From: Geosiphon pyriformis uo1 | Lineage: Eukaryota > Fungi > Glomeromycota | NCBI GenBank assembly: GCA_016748015.1 | Contig: JAAOMT010000183.1 | Span: 871,840 to 923,699, forward strand | DNA length: 51,860 nucleotides | Reading direction: 5' to 3' | Part shown: positions 40,251 through 51,860 of the stretch, piece by piece | Layout of the letters: every line of letters starts with the position of its first letter | Numbering within the stretch: position 1 is the first letter of the stretch | The notes under the pieces: generated by a model | What the model saw: the letters and a program-made list of their open reading frames with translations, nothing else | Told to the model about the DNA's origin: nothing | Databases searched by the model: none | Program-made: the position numbers and the translations under genes

Positions 40251-41922
40251 GTACCTGCTACTTTGGTATTGGCCATTTGCCAGATCTCATCTTTGTTATG
40301 TGAGTAACCATTTAAGCAAGAAATCACTTGGTGCCATGCAGCTGTAATAGGTGTTCCACAACTTACTCAGTCATTAATAAGAATTGTGTATTGACATAAT
40401 GCATTGTATGTTTTTTCTTGACCAAAAATGTTGTTCCATATTTCTTTGTCAAACAGTTGTTTGTCACAAGTGAGACATGGTTTATTGTCCTACTTGTCTT
40501 GTCATTTTGGGTAACTGTAGCATTCACAGTAATATGATTTACAATAGTAATAAGTTTGCATCCAGTAGTTTTTGTCGGGTGCAACTCAAGCTCCCATGAA
40601 GGACAACTTTTTTTTATAGTTCTTGCACTTAAGTGGAATGTAGGGTGGCTTTGGTCTGGTGTCAGTTGAATAAAAACTTCCTCAGCCACTGGTAATTTCA
40701 TTGGTAGTATCTTCTTGTGACTTATCTTCTTTTTTTCTTTTTTCTTTGTCATCTCAAGACAGTATTGGTGGTAATTTATTGTGGTCAATATCAGCCCATG
40801 AAACTTGATAGGCTTTTCAGATAGATTTCTTCTCTTTTTTCTCAAATTCAATTAGTGGTGTGGTTATAGTGGTCTTGAAGTGTTCACAGGTAGCTGGTAC
40901 TTTAGTATGTTATCCATTTTGGCTAATCTGTAGCTTCTGAGTGTTTCAATTAAGCATGGTGTTGATTTTAGACAACCAGTTATTACCAACAAAAGCTTGG
41001 TACTAGGTGGCTTCCATGACTAAAATCTTGATTGGTACAATAATACCATTAACTTCAATAGGAAAATTATTGATTTTGCCAATTGGAGTTTTGGTAGCTT
41101 TATTAGCAGTAATAATTTTAGTGCTGACAGTGCAATCAATTTGGTGACTTAATTGGTTCATAAGTTATCATGTGATAATGCTGCCTGCTGAACCACTGTT
41201 TAGGATTAGCTTGATGACCTGTCTATTAATCTTGGTGTCAGTGTACATAGCAGTAATGGTTTTTGTATCAAGAGCAACTTTACTAAAAAGAGGGGTTTTA
41301 GTTGGTCTCTTAATTTCAAAGGGAAAAATGGCTGCTAATAATTTGTCATCAGTGATGATGGCTGGAGATATGTTGTTGTTGATCATTTGCTTTGAAGAGG
41401 TTTCCAGATTGTTGGTTGAGACATCTTCTGGAATAACCAGGAGACTCAAATAGTTCTGAGAACTCAGATTTTGGTTGTACATATTTCCCAAATTTCTGAG
41501 ATGTGATCTTAAAGCATAGTTGAATGAACTGGAGATTAATTGATAAACAACCATCACTGATTTCCAGTTTTGCTGAACAATTCTTAGTCTTTGGTTTCCA
41601 GATAATGTCTGGGTTAGATTTTGTGGTGGTGTTTAAATTTGTTGAGATTGATATATTACTTACAGCTGTGGTTGGTAAATAACTGGTGCTGGAATTTAAT
41701 AAATTGGGGTTTGGTAAATTGGTTGCTGTGCTATTTGAGTGTAATGTGGATGATAGTGATCTTGATTTGGATAGTGATTTAAAGTTTGAAATCTGCAATT
41801 AGAGTTTTGATATTGATTCTCCGACCATAATTGATTGCAATATGTCTTGCAATTAGCTTTGAGATAATCTTATTTACCACAGTTGTGGCAAATACATGTC
41901 TCTTGCTGCCACAGCTGATTGG

Positions 41923-41973
<51 letters not shown>

Positions 41974-44135
41974 GTGACTAATTTTGGAAGCAATTTGTAT
42001 TTCCTGAATTATTATGTCATTGTGAAGATTGATAAATTGCTCAATTGTTAATTAAGTAGTCTTCTAGTTTCTGATTAATTGAATTACTGAATTGTTTCAA
42101 TTTGGAATCCAATTCAAATGATCTGTTCATTACTAGATTTACAGTTTGAATATGATTGGTTTTGAGTTTGGCTGCTTCAAAATCTCTAGCTTGGGTAACT
42201 GTTGCTTGAAGGTTGGCTGAATATAATGGATGTACTCATTACAGGATACTACTGCATAATCCATAAATAAATTGAATTAAGATTTGGGCTATGATAAAAT
42301 AATTAGTGTTGATGGCTTGGATTTGATGCAAGTTCCTGTAAAAGTATCCTAGGTAAGTAGTGACTGCTTCAGTTTCTTCTTGTTTGATAGTAGTGAAGAT
42401 ATTGGCCAAGCAATTAATACTATTATTGTTGCTAAAATATCTCAAAAATTCAACTTTGAACGTGTTGAAATTTTGAGATTTGTTGGCCAAGCTTTGATAT
42501 CATGAATCTGTGGTATCCTGAAAGAAGTATGAGATGGCTTAGAGTGCTCTGGTGTCATTCCATTTGTTGGCTGCAATGGCTTTTTTCATATTATTTAACC
42601 ATACTTGTATGTCATCTTTTTTACTGGTGAATTTTTCAATCTTGGTGATTGGTGTGTATGCCATTTGTTGTAGTGGTTGTTAAAATGATTGTTGTGATTG
42701 TTGTTAAAGTGATACTTATGATTTTGAAATCTGGTAGAAGTGATGGTGATTGAAATTCTGAGGGCATTGGTAATTGTGACTTAAATTCTTCAAAATATTT
42801 GCCATAGGTTCTTAATAGGTTGGTTTTTGATTGTTTACTTTAAAATAGTATTTATGCCAATAGTGTCTTTGCATTTAATGTGGACATGTCTGCTAATAAA
42901 ATATTGATGGTGCTTTCAGGTGTGTAATGATATGATGAATGAGTTGGTGATTTGACTTTTGTTTTCTTCCAAGTAAGTGGTTGTATTTTTTGAGATGTTA
43001 CTGCTAGTGTCTGTAGTTTTCCTTTACCTTTGGTTATGTAAGTAATGAAATATTTTTGTTGAGTGTGATGTTCAATTTCTTTATTGATTTTAATGAGAAT
43101 TGCTGTGAAATTATGATTTGTTGGTAGGCTAGTGTTTTGAATTAGTTTGTTGTAAAAATTTTTTTTTGTTAAGTCAGTTTCTATTAGTACTTCTAACAAA
43201 TATAAGATTTTTTTATTGATGTAGAAGTTAAAAGCAGATTTTGCTAATAAGTGATTGTGGGTTAATCCCAAGTGTTGACAATAATGCTAAAATAAGGATT
43301 TGGCAAATCCTAAATGGTTTGTCCCTGTTCTTTCTGATTCTGCCATTTTTGAATGGTTGTTTGTTGGTGCAGATTCTCTGTAGAATTATACCTTACAGAA
43401 AACACCAAATGTTATAGCTAATTATTTGGGTAATTGGAGTAAATAACAAACTCATAACTTGGTACTCAATAACTAATATGATTGATGATATCTGAAAGTT
43501 AGTTGTATCTGAAGGTTTTGGGTTGAGTTCTTTGTATAATAGACAGAAATTCAATAGTTGTTTTATCTATGGCCTCTCAGAATCACAATTCTATCAATTC
43601 TTTTCTTGGCTTAGTGGCCAGCAATTTTCTGGTAAATAATCCTTAAATTCATGTGTCTATCTTTCTGCAGAAGTCTTTTACTAAGCAATCTTTGATGTCA
43701 ATAACTCAGCACTTAATTCTTAAGAAATTTAGTGAATTATTAACAAAATTATAACAAAAATAAAAGAAAATAAAATAAAAAAAATTTAAGCCAAGGCAAT
43801 ACAAGTTAGTATTTTATCAATAGCCATGATCAAGAGCTATTGTTTCTGTGCAGTTTTAAGTCTCAATTACTATTGACATTTAAAGTTGATAGTGAGCAAT
43901 TAGATTTGAGATGCTGAATAAATATATTTATTAATATTTGGAATGATATAAGTTCTAATAAAGAAATTATAACTAATAAATTTTTTGTTTGGCAGTTTTG
44001 TTTTTTTTTGCTTCTAATGTTGCTGCTATATATACATATTTTCTAGTTTTACAGAATTGCTTTGGATTGTCTATTCTTGCTAGCTATCACTTTGTTTTCT
44101 TACATTATAACTAATTATCTTATGTTATAACACGT
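40251..44135 (-). mobile_element. Element B: 5' half of an A-family Gypsy element (partial 5' LTR 44135-43410, PBS, gag, PR, Cys-rich domain)
   Basis: Minus-strand tggtgttttctgtaagg after the LTR end. SAFNFYIN, FKVEFLRYFSNNNSIN and KLILNSGSAGSIIT are homologous to element A. Cut on the left by A's 3' LTR and on the right by element C. Confidence 0.9.
41923..41971. repeat. (AAT)n microsatellite in element B gag
   Basis: Pure ATA run. Confidence 0.9.
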
Positions 44136-45159
44136 TGTTACCAGATGAAATTAGAGATATTATTTAGCATAAAATTATCTTATAATTCCTATTATTAATT
44201 AGCATATATTATCATTTTTGATCACTTATTATATTAGCAAAAATGTCCGAAATTATCATTTAATTAATAACCCAAATTGTATACAACACTAATATAACTT
44301 AATTGCGATGATCAATCATGCAATACTCCGAACTATGTAACATTCAAAAAGTTTGTCAAAATTTGTAGAAATTTGCCAAAATAATTGATAGTTCACCGAA
44401 ATATCTAATAGTTCGCCGAAATAACTTATAGTTTGCCGAAATGTATCTTTAGTTCAGCAAAATTATAGAAAATAGCAAAGTTTAAGTTTATAGAATAGTG
44501 TTACAACAAGTTGTATAAAAGAAAAGCTTCTCTTTTCGAGAAAATATATCTTACTTTAGATTTATCTCTTAAAAACTGTCCTATACACACAAAAAAAAAT
44601 AAATATTAAATAATTCGAAAAAACCAAATTCTTTAATTATTGTATTTGGAAAAATCTCCAAAACCCAACTAACATTTTGAAATTGATTAGCTACCAATTT
44701 CAGTAAACTGTTAGTGACTCCAGGCCTGAATAGAAAACGTTTCCCTTGATAAAATTCTATTTCTTTTATATTTCTTTTATTTTCTTTTATTTTCTTATCA
44801 TAATCATTAGGGTAACCTACAGACAAGATTCCTGTAGAAAAATTGACTTTCATAGCAAAGTAACTACACATTTTTAGTGAGCTTCCAAACGAGCAATTCC
44901 TGGGAAAAAGTTGACATTTACTACAATGTAACTACATAAAGCAACTGGCACGGAATTGGCTATTCTACTCATAAGCCCAGCAAGTTCAAATTATAGGAGA
45001 TAATTTGAAGATAAATTCAGTTACTGGAGGTTCAACCACATCCAGAAAACGTGAATTCACAGCAAATAAGTATCAACAACATTACAGAAAAGAGACCAAA
45101 AACCTCCAGTAATATTTGGTGCTCTCCCACGGAAATAACACAGCAAAAACAACTTCAAA

Positions 45160-47600
45160 GTGGCAACCACACCAGATGCAACAATTCTAAAGTATTACCA
45201 ATCAATTTACACCCACTGCAAGCAAAGATTCAACATTCCAGACGGAATTGAAGTTGTCAAGAAATCAGTATACCAATACATTGAAAACCGCATCAACAAT
45301 TATCTTTTTGGAAATTATAATATCTCAGAAGTTAGAAACAACCTTTACAATAATTTAGTACACTATTCACAGTTGGGAACTGAAGACCTTAATAGTGAAA
45401 CACTTGCCACTTACTTTCACGAACTTAATTTTAACATTATCAAATACTGTGAAGAAACATATCCAGTGCAGTCTCAATACACTATTAATTTTGAATCGGA
45501 AACAGAAACAAGCAACAAAGGCAAAAACAAATTAAAGCAATATTCAAGAACCACCCCAAATACTTCAACACTACCGAAAACAACTGCCAAACATTTACAA
45601 ACACCTGAACAAGGAACCAGTTCAAAACTTCCACTTATTATTACATCTTTTCCAGCTTCGCTTGCACAAGCACAAACACCTAATTCACTCTTGAATCGAT
45701 TTGCAAGACCAGAAAATTTTACATTACTCAGAAGTTCTACCAAACAACAAGAATCCCTTCAAACTAGTTTCAATCTCCTTGATTTTCTAGCTGAAAATCA
45801 AAGTGAACACTCTGAGACAGCAGCAAACAAAAAAAACAACTCTAAAATAACTGAAGAAGAATCAATAGACAGTAAAAACAAAGAAAACGAAATGACAACA
45901 TACATCGCAAAAATCCCTGAATTCAATGGAGAAGATATTGAGACCAGTCCCTAAGAATGGCTCAATCAAGTTACTAAAGCTGGAGATGCAAATGAATGGA
46001 ACGCTTCCAGAATGTTAAGAACAATTCCCTACTTTCTCAAAGAAACAGCAGGAGAATGGTTTGAAAATCTTGCCGCCTCATTCAATGATTGGAATGCTTT
46101 CAAAGCAGTCTTCCTTGAACAGTTCACTGACAATAATACCTCTATTACTTTTCACAATTGTTTTCAAAATATCAAACAAGAACCCTCCGAATCCATTATA
46201 ACTTATATTGGGAAATTCAACAAACTTTTCAGACGGATTCGCCAACTCGAGACAAACGATTATTATTCTGATGCTCAAATCTTGGATCAATTTATCGCTG
46301 GTCTAAAAGATAAACTAATTAAAAAGGTTCGCCCACATGTGCCAGAAGATTTAAACTCTGCAATACAACATGCAAAAAGATATGAAATGGCCATAGAAGA
46401 AGCCAATCGCACAAAACTTGTAAATTTGGCAATTGGAGAAACCAGTTCAGCAGCTGAGAAAAAAATTGACCAACTCACAAAGAAGGTTGAAAACTATTTT
46501 ACCAACCAATAACAACAACAACCCCAAAGATATCAACCACCCTAAAGACGAAATCAAAATAACTTTGCACCACTTTCCAATAACCAGCCTCAAAATTGCC
46601 ATTACTGTGGAATCTCTGGCCACTGGAAAAGAAATTGCAGAAAGCTGCAACAAGACCAACAAAATAGGGGTAATCAACGTTACTCTCCACTACAGCAATC
46701 TTATTATTAACTATTACCACCAGCTTACTATCCACCAAGACCCCAATACCAAAATAACTATTATCAACCCACCCCACAACCAATCCAACAGCAATACCAA
46801 CAACCACCCACACAACATTATCAAGTACCTGCTCGAAGACTGATTACACAAAATCAATTTACACCACAAAACCAATACCAAGTAAACAACAGTAGAATCA
46901 GTTCGAACAACCAATTAGTTCCCCGAAATACCATTCAACCAAGATCCAACCATTACCACACTCAACCCAGTTATTTAACAATGCCGGAAGAACAAGATTT
47001 TCACCATACTGCATCTTCGGAAGGTAGAGCTGCAGCCCAACAACAACGAAATCCTTCTCATAACCACACCACTATTCTACCAGCCCGAATTGCTGAAAAT
47101 GCCAATCTCTCTGATATCTTTCCTTTTGAATTTGAAGCAAATGAATCACCATTCTTGCTTAGCAATGCAGTGGCTAATGAGCAAAAAGCCATCACTGCAA
47201 TGTACACAGAAGCTGAAGTAAAAGGAAAGCCAATTTGCTTGATCCTAGACAGTGGATCTACTGGAAGCATTATTACCTACCAGTTAATACAACAGTTGAA
47301 AAGAAATGTTGACCGACCAGCTCAAACAGTAATCGTCACTGCCGATGGCATGAAAAAGACACCAGTAGGAGAAATTAACAATTTTCCATTCACTCTTGAT
47401 GGAATTACCATTCCAGTCAAAGTTCTTGTAATGAACGCACCCCAGTACCAAGCTCTCATCGGAAATGATTGGCTTTAAAAAGCCAATGCTAATCTGAATT
47501 GGGAAACACAAGAGTTAACAATCTCCTACCAAGGACAACACGCCCGAGTACCTGCAATTTGTGGTACATTCAACAAACGCTCTGAAAAAGCCCCAGCTTT
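45160..47600 (+). pseudogene. Gag + protease of element C, one frame with few stops
   Basis: ORFs 45160, 46012 and 46981 share a frame. CCHC knuckle at ~46597-46638 and LILDSGSTGS. Confidence 0.88.
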
Positions 47601-48509
47601 TGAATTTGAATCAGAAGAAAAAAAACCAATAATCGAAACATTCATGGCTCTTGGATCAACATTCAACTGGGCCGATGAAACAGAACAAAAACATTTACTA
47701 CACACACTAAACCCGAAACCTCTGGATGGAATATACCTTACTCAAAACCTGAACCAAGAAAACAACACCCCTATATTCCCCTTAAATGTAAGGACTGCCA
47801 CAAGAAACTATCGTCAATGGGAGCCTGCATTTCACCTGAAGAAGAATATGAGAATCATACTTGTTATTACTGCAAGACCTGCCACAGAGAGCAATGGGAC
47901 CATCTAATAAAAAGGAGCAGAAAATAGGACAACACTGCTTGTTTGACTTGTGAAGATATGCTACCAGAAGCATACAATTGGATTGATGTAGCAATGAGAG
48001 AAGGCGTCTGCGATCAGACCTGCCAATATGCCTTATCAATTTCAGAAAAAGTAAAAAGAGGAACACCCTTTAATGCAGCATACAACAGTGCTCTCAACAA
48101 ACTTTATCACTACCCTCATGACGCCGAGATGATTTTTGACTTAGCAATAGCATTAATTAATGGAGCTACCAAAGAAGATGTTTGTCAAATGAAGGAAGCA
48201 GAATACATTGAATACACTATGGAATTAGCTGGATTTGATTATAAAGATGAAGTAGAAGTCTATCACCAAATTGCAAGTCACACCTACCCGACCCAAGAAG
48301 CTCAAATTCAATGATTAGAGCAAATAAACATTAGGCTATGTAAAGAATGCATTATGCCTTGCAATAAACAATGGTGTCCCGAATGCTATGCTCTTAGTAT
48401 CTTCTTGCCCAGTGAAAATGATGAGAATGAAATTGAATTTGGAGAACCTAAAGAAACGGAAGAAATTGAAACAACACCCATCTACCTTATCGAAAATCAG
48501 CCTGCCTTA

Positions 48510-48940
48510 CAACTTAAATACTTCAACAACAACAGACAAGGAATAAAACCTAAAAAAGCACACGAAATTGATGCTGGATATGACCTAAGATATCCAGACA
48601 AGGATACTCTTGTTCTCAAACCCAAATCTCTCACAAAAATCAACCTCAAAATTGCACTCGAAATTCTGCCAGGAGCAATGGTTCAAATCACCTCTTGGTC
48701 TTCTCTGGCAAGCAAAGGAATCAATGTCAGAGGAGGAATAATCGATGCTGGATATACTGGAGACATAACAGTGATGCTTCAAAATGAGACTGACAAACCA
48801 TTCAAGATCGAACATGCTGAAAAAATTGCCCAAGCTATTTACCTACCCTTAATCAACATTTCAGGTTTGCAACTAGTCAATCAAAGAGAACAATTAGGAA
48901 AAAGCGATAGAGGAACTTAAGGTTTTGGTTCAACTGGACG
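48510..48940 (+). pseudogene. dUTPase domain of element C
   Basis: DAGYDL, SWSSLA (degenerate RSS), GGIIDAGYTG, EKIAQ and SDRGT*GFGSTG. Confidence 0.95.
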
Positions 48941-49399
48941 ATTCACAGTTCCAGTTAATATAGCTCTTAACACACAGAACGAATCCCACCAAATTCTCAG
49001 ACTTCCACAACCAATTACCATCTTACCCTTTGGAGAACATCCAGAAATTTACACTTGCACAAAGCCAACAACCACACAACAAATTTTTGAGTCCAATGAA
49101 CAAGTCTGCTTAGAACATAATATTTTGATCCCAAACATTTATATTCCAGAAGGAACAAAGAAAGTCCGAGTTACTTTTTACAACCCCAATAATTACCCCA
49201 TAATTTTATTAAATAATTTAGAAATTGGAGTTATTCACAGTAAAATATTTCAACAAGAATTACCCCAAACAGTCCCTGATTTCCCTGAAATTATTGGACA
49301 TTCACTACTGAAAATCAACCCAAACCCTAGCTCTGAAAACTACCATGTTGTCATGGAAAAACTATCTCGAATCAACATGGGACAACTTGAACTACAACA

Positions 49400-50349
49400 A
49401 CAAACCCAGCTCAAAGAACTAATTGCAGAATTTGCTGATATCTTCGCCGAAAACAACAATGACTTAGGAAGAACTGATTTGGTTCAACACCAAATCTATA
49501 CAGGAGATGCCAAACCCAGGCGACAACAAGCCTACCGAGTTGCTCCAGAAAGTCACCAATTTATCTGAGAAGAAGTACAACAGATGCTTAACAATGGGCT
49601 TATTCAACCATCAATGAGCCCATGGGCCTCACCTGTGGTTCTAGTTAAAAAGAAAAATGGAAAGATACAATTTTGTGTTGATTACCGACAACTCAACAGT
49701 GTCACCATTGGGGATGCCTATCCTCTTCCCCAAATTGATGACATGTTGGATGCCCTTGGAAAGTCCAAATACTTTTTAACATTAGATTTAGAGAGTGAAT
49801 ACTGGCAAGTTGCTATGGATCCCAAAGACTGCCCCAAAACAGCATTCACCACTCAAGGAGGAAATTACGAGTTCAATATAATGTCTTTTGGATTATGCAA
49901 TGTACCAGCAACATTCCAAAGACTCATGGATGTTGTTTACAAAGACCTCCTTTGGAAATCAATAGTAGTTTATCTTGATGACACTGATGTTTATTCACCA
50001 TCTTTCAAGCTACATTTAATTCACCTGCGAGAAGTTTTTCAATGATTACGGAAAGCAGAATTGAAACTGAACATTGAAAAATGCTATTTCGGAAAGACAA
50101 GTTTAGCTTTTCTTGGTCACATTGTTAGCAAAGATGGAATTAAACCAGACCCCAGAAAAATCAGTACTGTCAAAAACTTCAAGACTCCACGAAATACCAC
50201 AGAATTAAGAGGATTTATTAGATTAGCATCCTATTACCGAAAATTCATCAAAGAATTCTCAGAAATTGCAAAACCCCTCAACCAGCTCACTACAAAAAAT
50301 GTTGAATACAAATGGACAAAAGAACACCAAAATGCCTTCGAGATACTCA
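49400..50349 (+). pseudogene. Reverse transcriptase of element C, truncated in the thumb/connection region
   Basis: SPWASPVVLVKKK, FCVDYRQLN, YPLP, KTAFTT, VYLDD, FLGHIVS and YYRKFI. Confidence 0.93.
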
Positions 50350-50368
50350 AGATGTGTATAAGAGACAG
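50350..50368 (+). other. Tn5 mosaic end / Nextera adapter (probable library artefact)
   Basis: Exact 19-mer AGATGTGTATAAGAGACAG (translates MCIRDR) at the point where RT jumps to ORF3. Confidence 0.95.
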
Positions 50369-50919
50369 ACACAAGAAGTTATACTGGAATTCATCTGCCA
50401 GAACTTTTAAAGCTTGCTTTAAGAGAAAACCTAATGTTCACTTCGATTAGTATTCCACCAAATGCTACAATTCAACAAAAACTTCAACTGTGTCTCAATG
50501 AAGAAAACACTGAATATTCTCCAATCTATAGATATTTTCACATTGGAAAAACACTCTACGAACGGAAACTGAAACTTACAACAGCAAACCTCACAAAAGA
50601 AGCTATTTAGAAACAACTCCACAATGAATTCAAGACAACAGCTGGATCAACAAACAGTCACTACAGGCTTAGAGCCGCTTTTAGACTTTATAACCTATTC
50701 CACACCTGTAAAAATGTATTACAAAACCCGATTTTTCAACCTTTGAAGATTCAATACATTGGAAAGCTTACAGAACTGAAATTTTAACAATTTTCAGACC
50801 AAATTTTTTCAATAATTTTGGATTATTATCTGGAAATAACAGACAGTACTTGGACTTCGATGGAGCTCAGTCTTGAAGAGGAGATTATGTTACCAGACAA
50901 AATTAGAGATATTATTTAG
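50369..50919 (+). pseudogene. 3' part of accessory ORF3 of element C
   Basis: EENTEYSPIYRYFHIGKTL...RLRAAFRLYNLF...IQYIGKLTELKF, similar to ORF3 of element A. The frame runs into the 3' LTR. Confidence 0.6.
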
Positions 50920-51860
50920 CATAAAATTATCTTATAATTCCTATCATTAATTAGCATATATTATTGTTTTTGATCACTTATTATATTAGCAAAAATGTCC
51001 GAAATTATCATTTAATTAATAACCCAAATTGTATACAACACCAATGTAACCTAATTGCGATGATCAATCATGCAATACTCTGAACTATGTAACATTCAAA
51101 AAGTTTGCCGAAATTTGTAGAAATTTGCCAAAATAATTAATAGTTCACCGAAATATCTAATAGTTCGCCAAAATAACTTATAGTTTGCCGAAATGTATCT
51201 TTAGTTCAACAAAATTGTAGAAAATAGCAAAGTTCGAGTTCATAGAATAGTGTTATGACAAGTTGTATAAAAGAAGAGCTTCTTTCTTCGAGAAAATATA
51301 TCTTACTTTAGATTTATCTCTTAAAAACTGTCCTATACACACAAAAAAAAAAATATTAAATAATTCAAAAAAACCAAATTCTTTAAATTATTGTACTTGG
51401 AAAAATCTCCAAAACCCAACTAACGTTTTGAAATTGATTAGCTACCAATTTCAGTAAACTGTTAGTGACTCCAGGCCTGGATAGAAAACGTTTCCCTTGA
51501 TAAAATTCTATTTCTTTTACATTTCTTTTATTTTCTTTTATTTTCTTATCATAATCATTAGGGTAACCTACAAACAAGATTCCTGTAGAAGAATTGACTT
51601 TCACAGCAAAGTAACTACACATTTTTAGTGAGCTTCCAGACGAGCAATTCCTGGGAAAGAGTTGACGTTTACTACAACGTAACTACATAAAGCAACTGGC
51701 ACGGAATTGGCCATTCCACTCATAAGCCCAGCAAGTTCAAATTATAGAAGATAATTTGAAGATAAATTCAGTTACTGGAGGTTCAACCACATCCAGAAAA
51801 CGTGAATTCACAGCAAATAAGTATCAACAACATTACAGAAAAGAGACCAAAAACCTCCAG

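Larger units (their letters stand above)
44136..51860 (+). mobile_element. Element C: younger dUTPase-bearing Gypsy element of a second family. LTRs 44136-45114 and 50888-window end
   Basis: Near-identical ~980-bp LTRs starting tgttaccaga. PBS tggtgctctccc at 45117 and PPT gaagaggaga at ~50875-50884. Internal gag (IAKIPEFNG, CHYCGISGHWKRNC), PR, dUTPase and RT. Confidence 0.95.

Noticed and set aside
44581-44871. Antisense ORF duplicated at 51383-51622
   Set aside because: It lies in the LTRs, so duplication is expected. It crosses a low-complexity tract and its length differs between the copies.
44890-45050. Group I intron P/Q/R-like words in the element C LTR
   Set aside because: Only short partial matches, with no S element or P7 pairing evident.
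47644-47710. Programmed -1 frameshift after the protease in element C
   Set aside because: The equivalent region of element A stays in one frame, so an indel in the A-run near 47690 is the simpler explanation.

Overview
Eukaryotic, fungal genomic DNA with GT-AG introns. It looks like an early-diverging Glomeromycotina/Mucoromycota fungus; that assignment is an inference. The left ~15.5 kb is genic. It holds the terminal exon of an unidentified + strand gene, a complete 6-exon NADH-glutamate synthase gene (GLT1, - strand, 2141 aa as spliced), a decayed coding-like stretch, and a 4-exon NTF2 gene (120 aa) that the ORF track misses. From ~15.6 kb to the end is a nest of Ty3/Gypsy LTR retrotransposons in graded decay by C:G->T:A hypermutation. 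Element D (-, 16422-28887) is nearly erased to A/T and carries two inserted solo LTRs with 4-bp TSDs. Element A (+, 30069-40250) is full length but its two LTRs have different U3 modules. Element B (-, 40251-44135) is a 5' half. Element C (+, 44136-end) is the youngest. The elements share an unusual layout: long N-terminal Gag extension, capsid/CCHC, protease, Cys-rich insert, dUTPase (plus a possible degenerate second copy), RT, RNase H, integrase, and a conserved non-env accessory ORF before the PPT. A perfect Tn5/Nextera mosaic end at 50350-50368 marks a probable library or assembly chimera that removes RNase H and integrase from element C.
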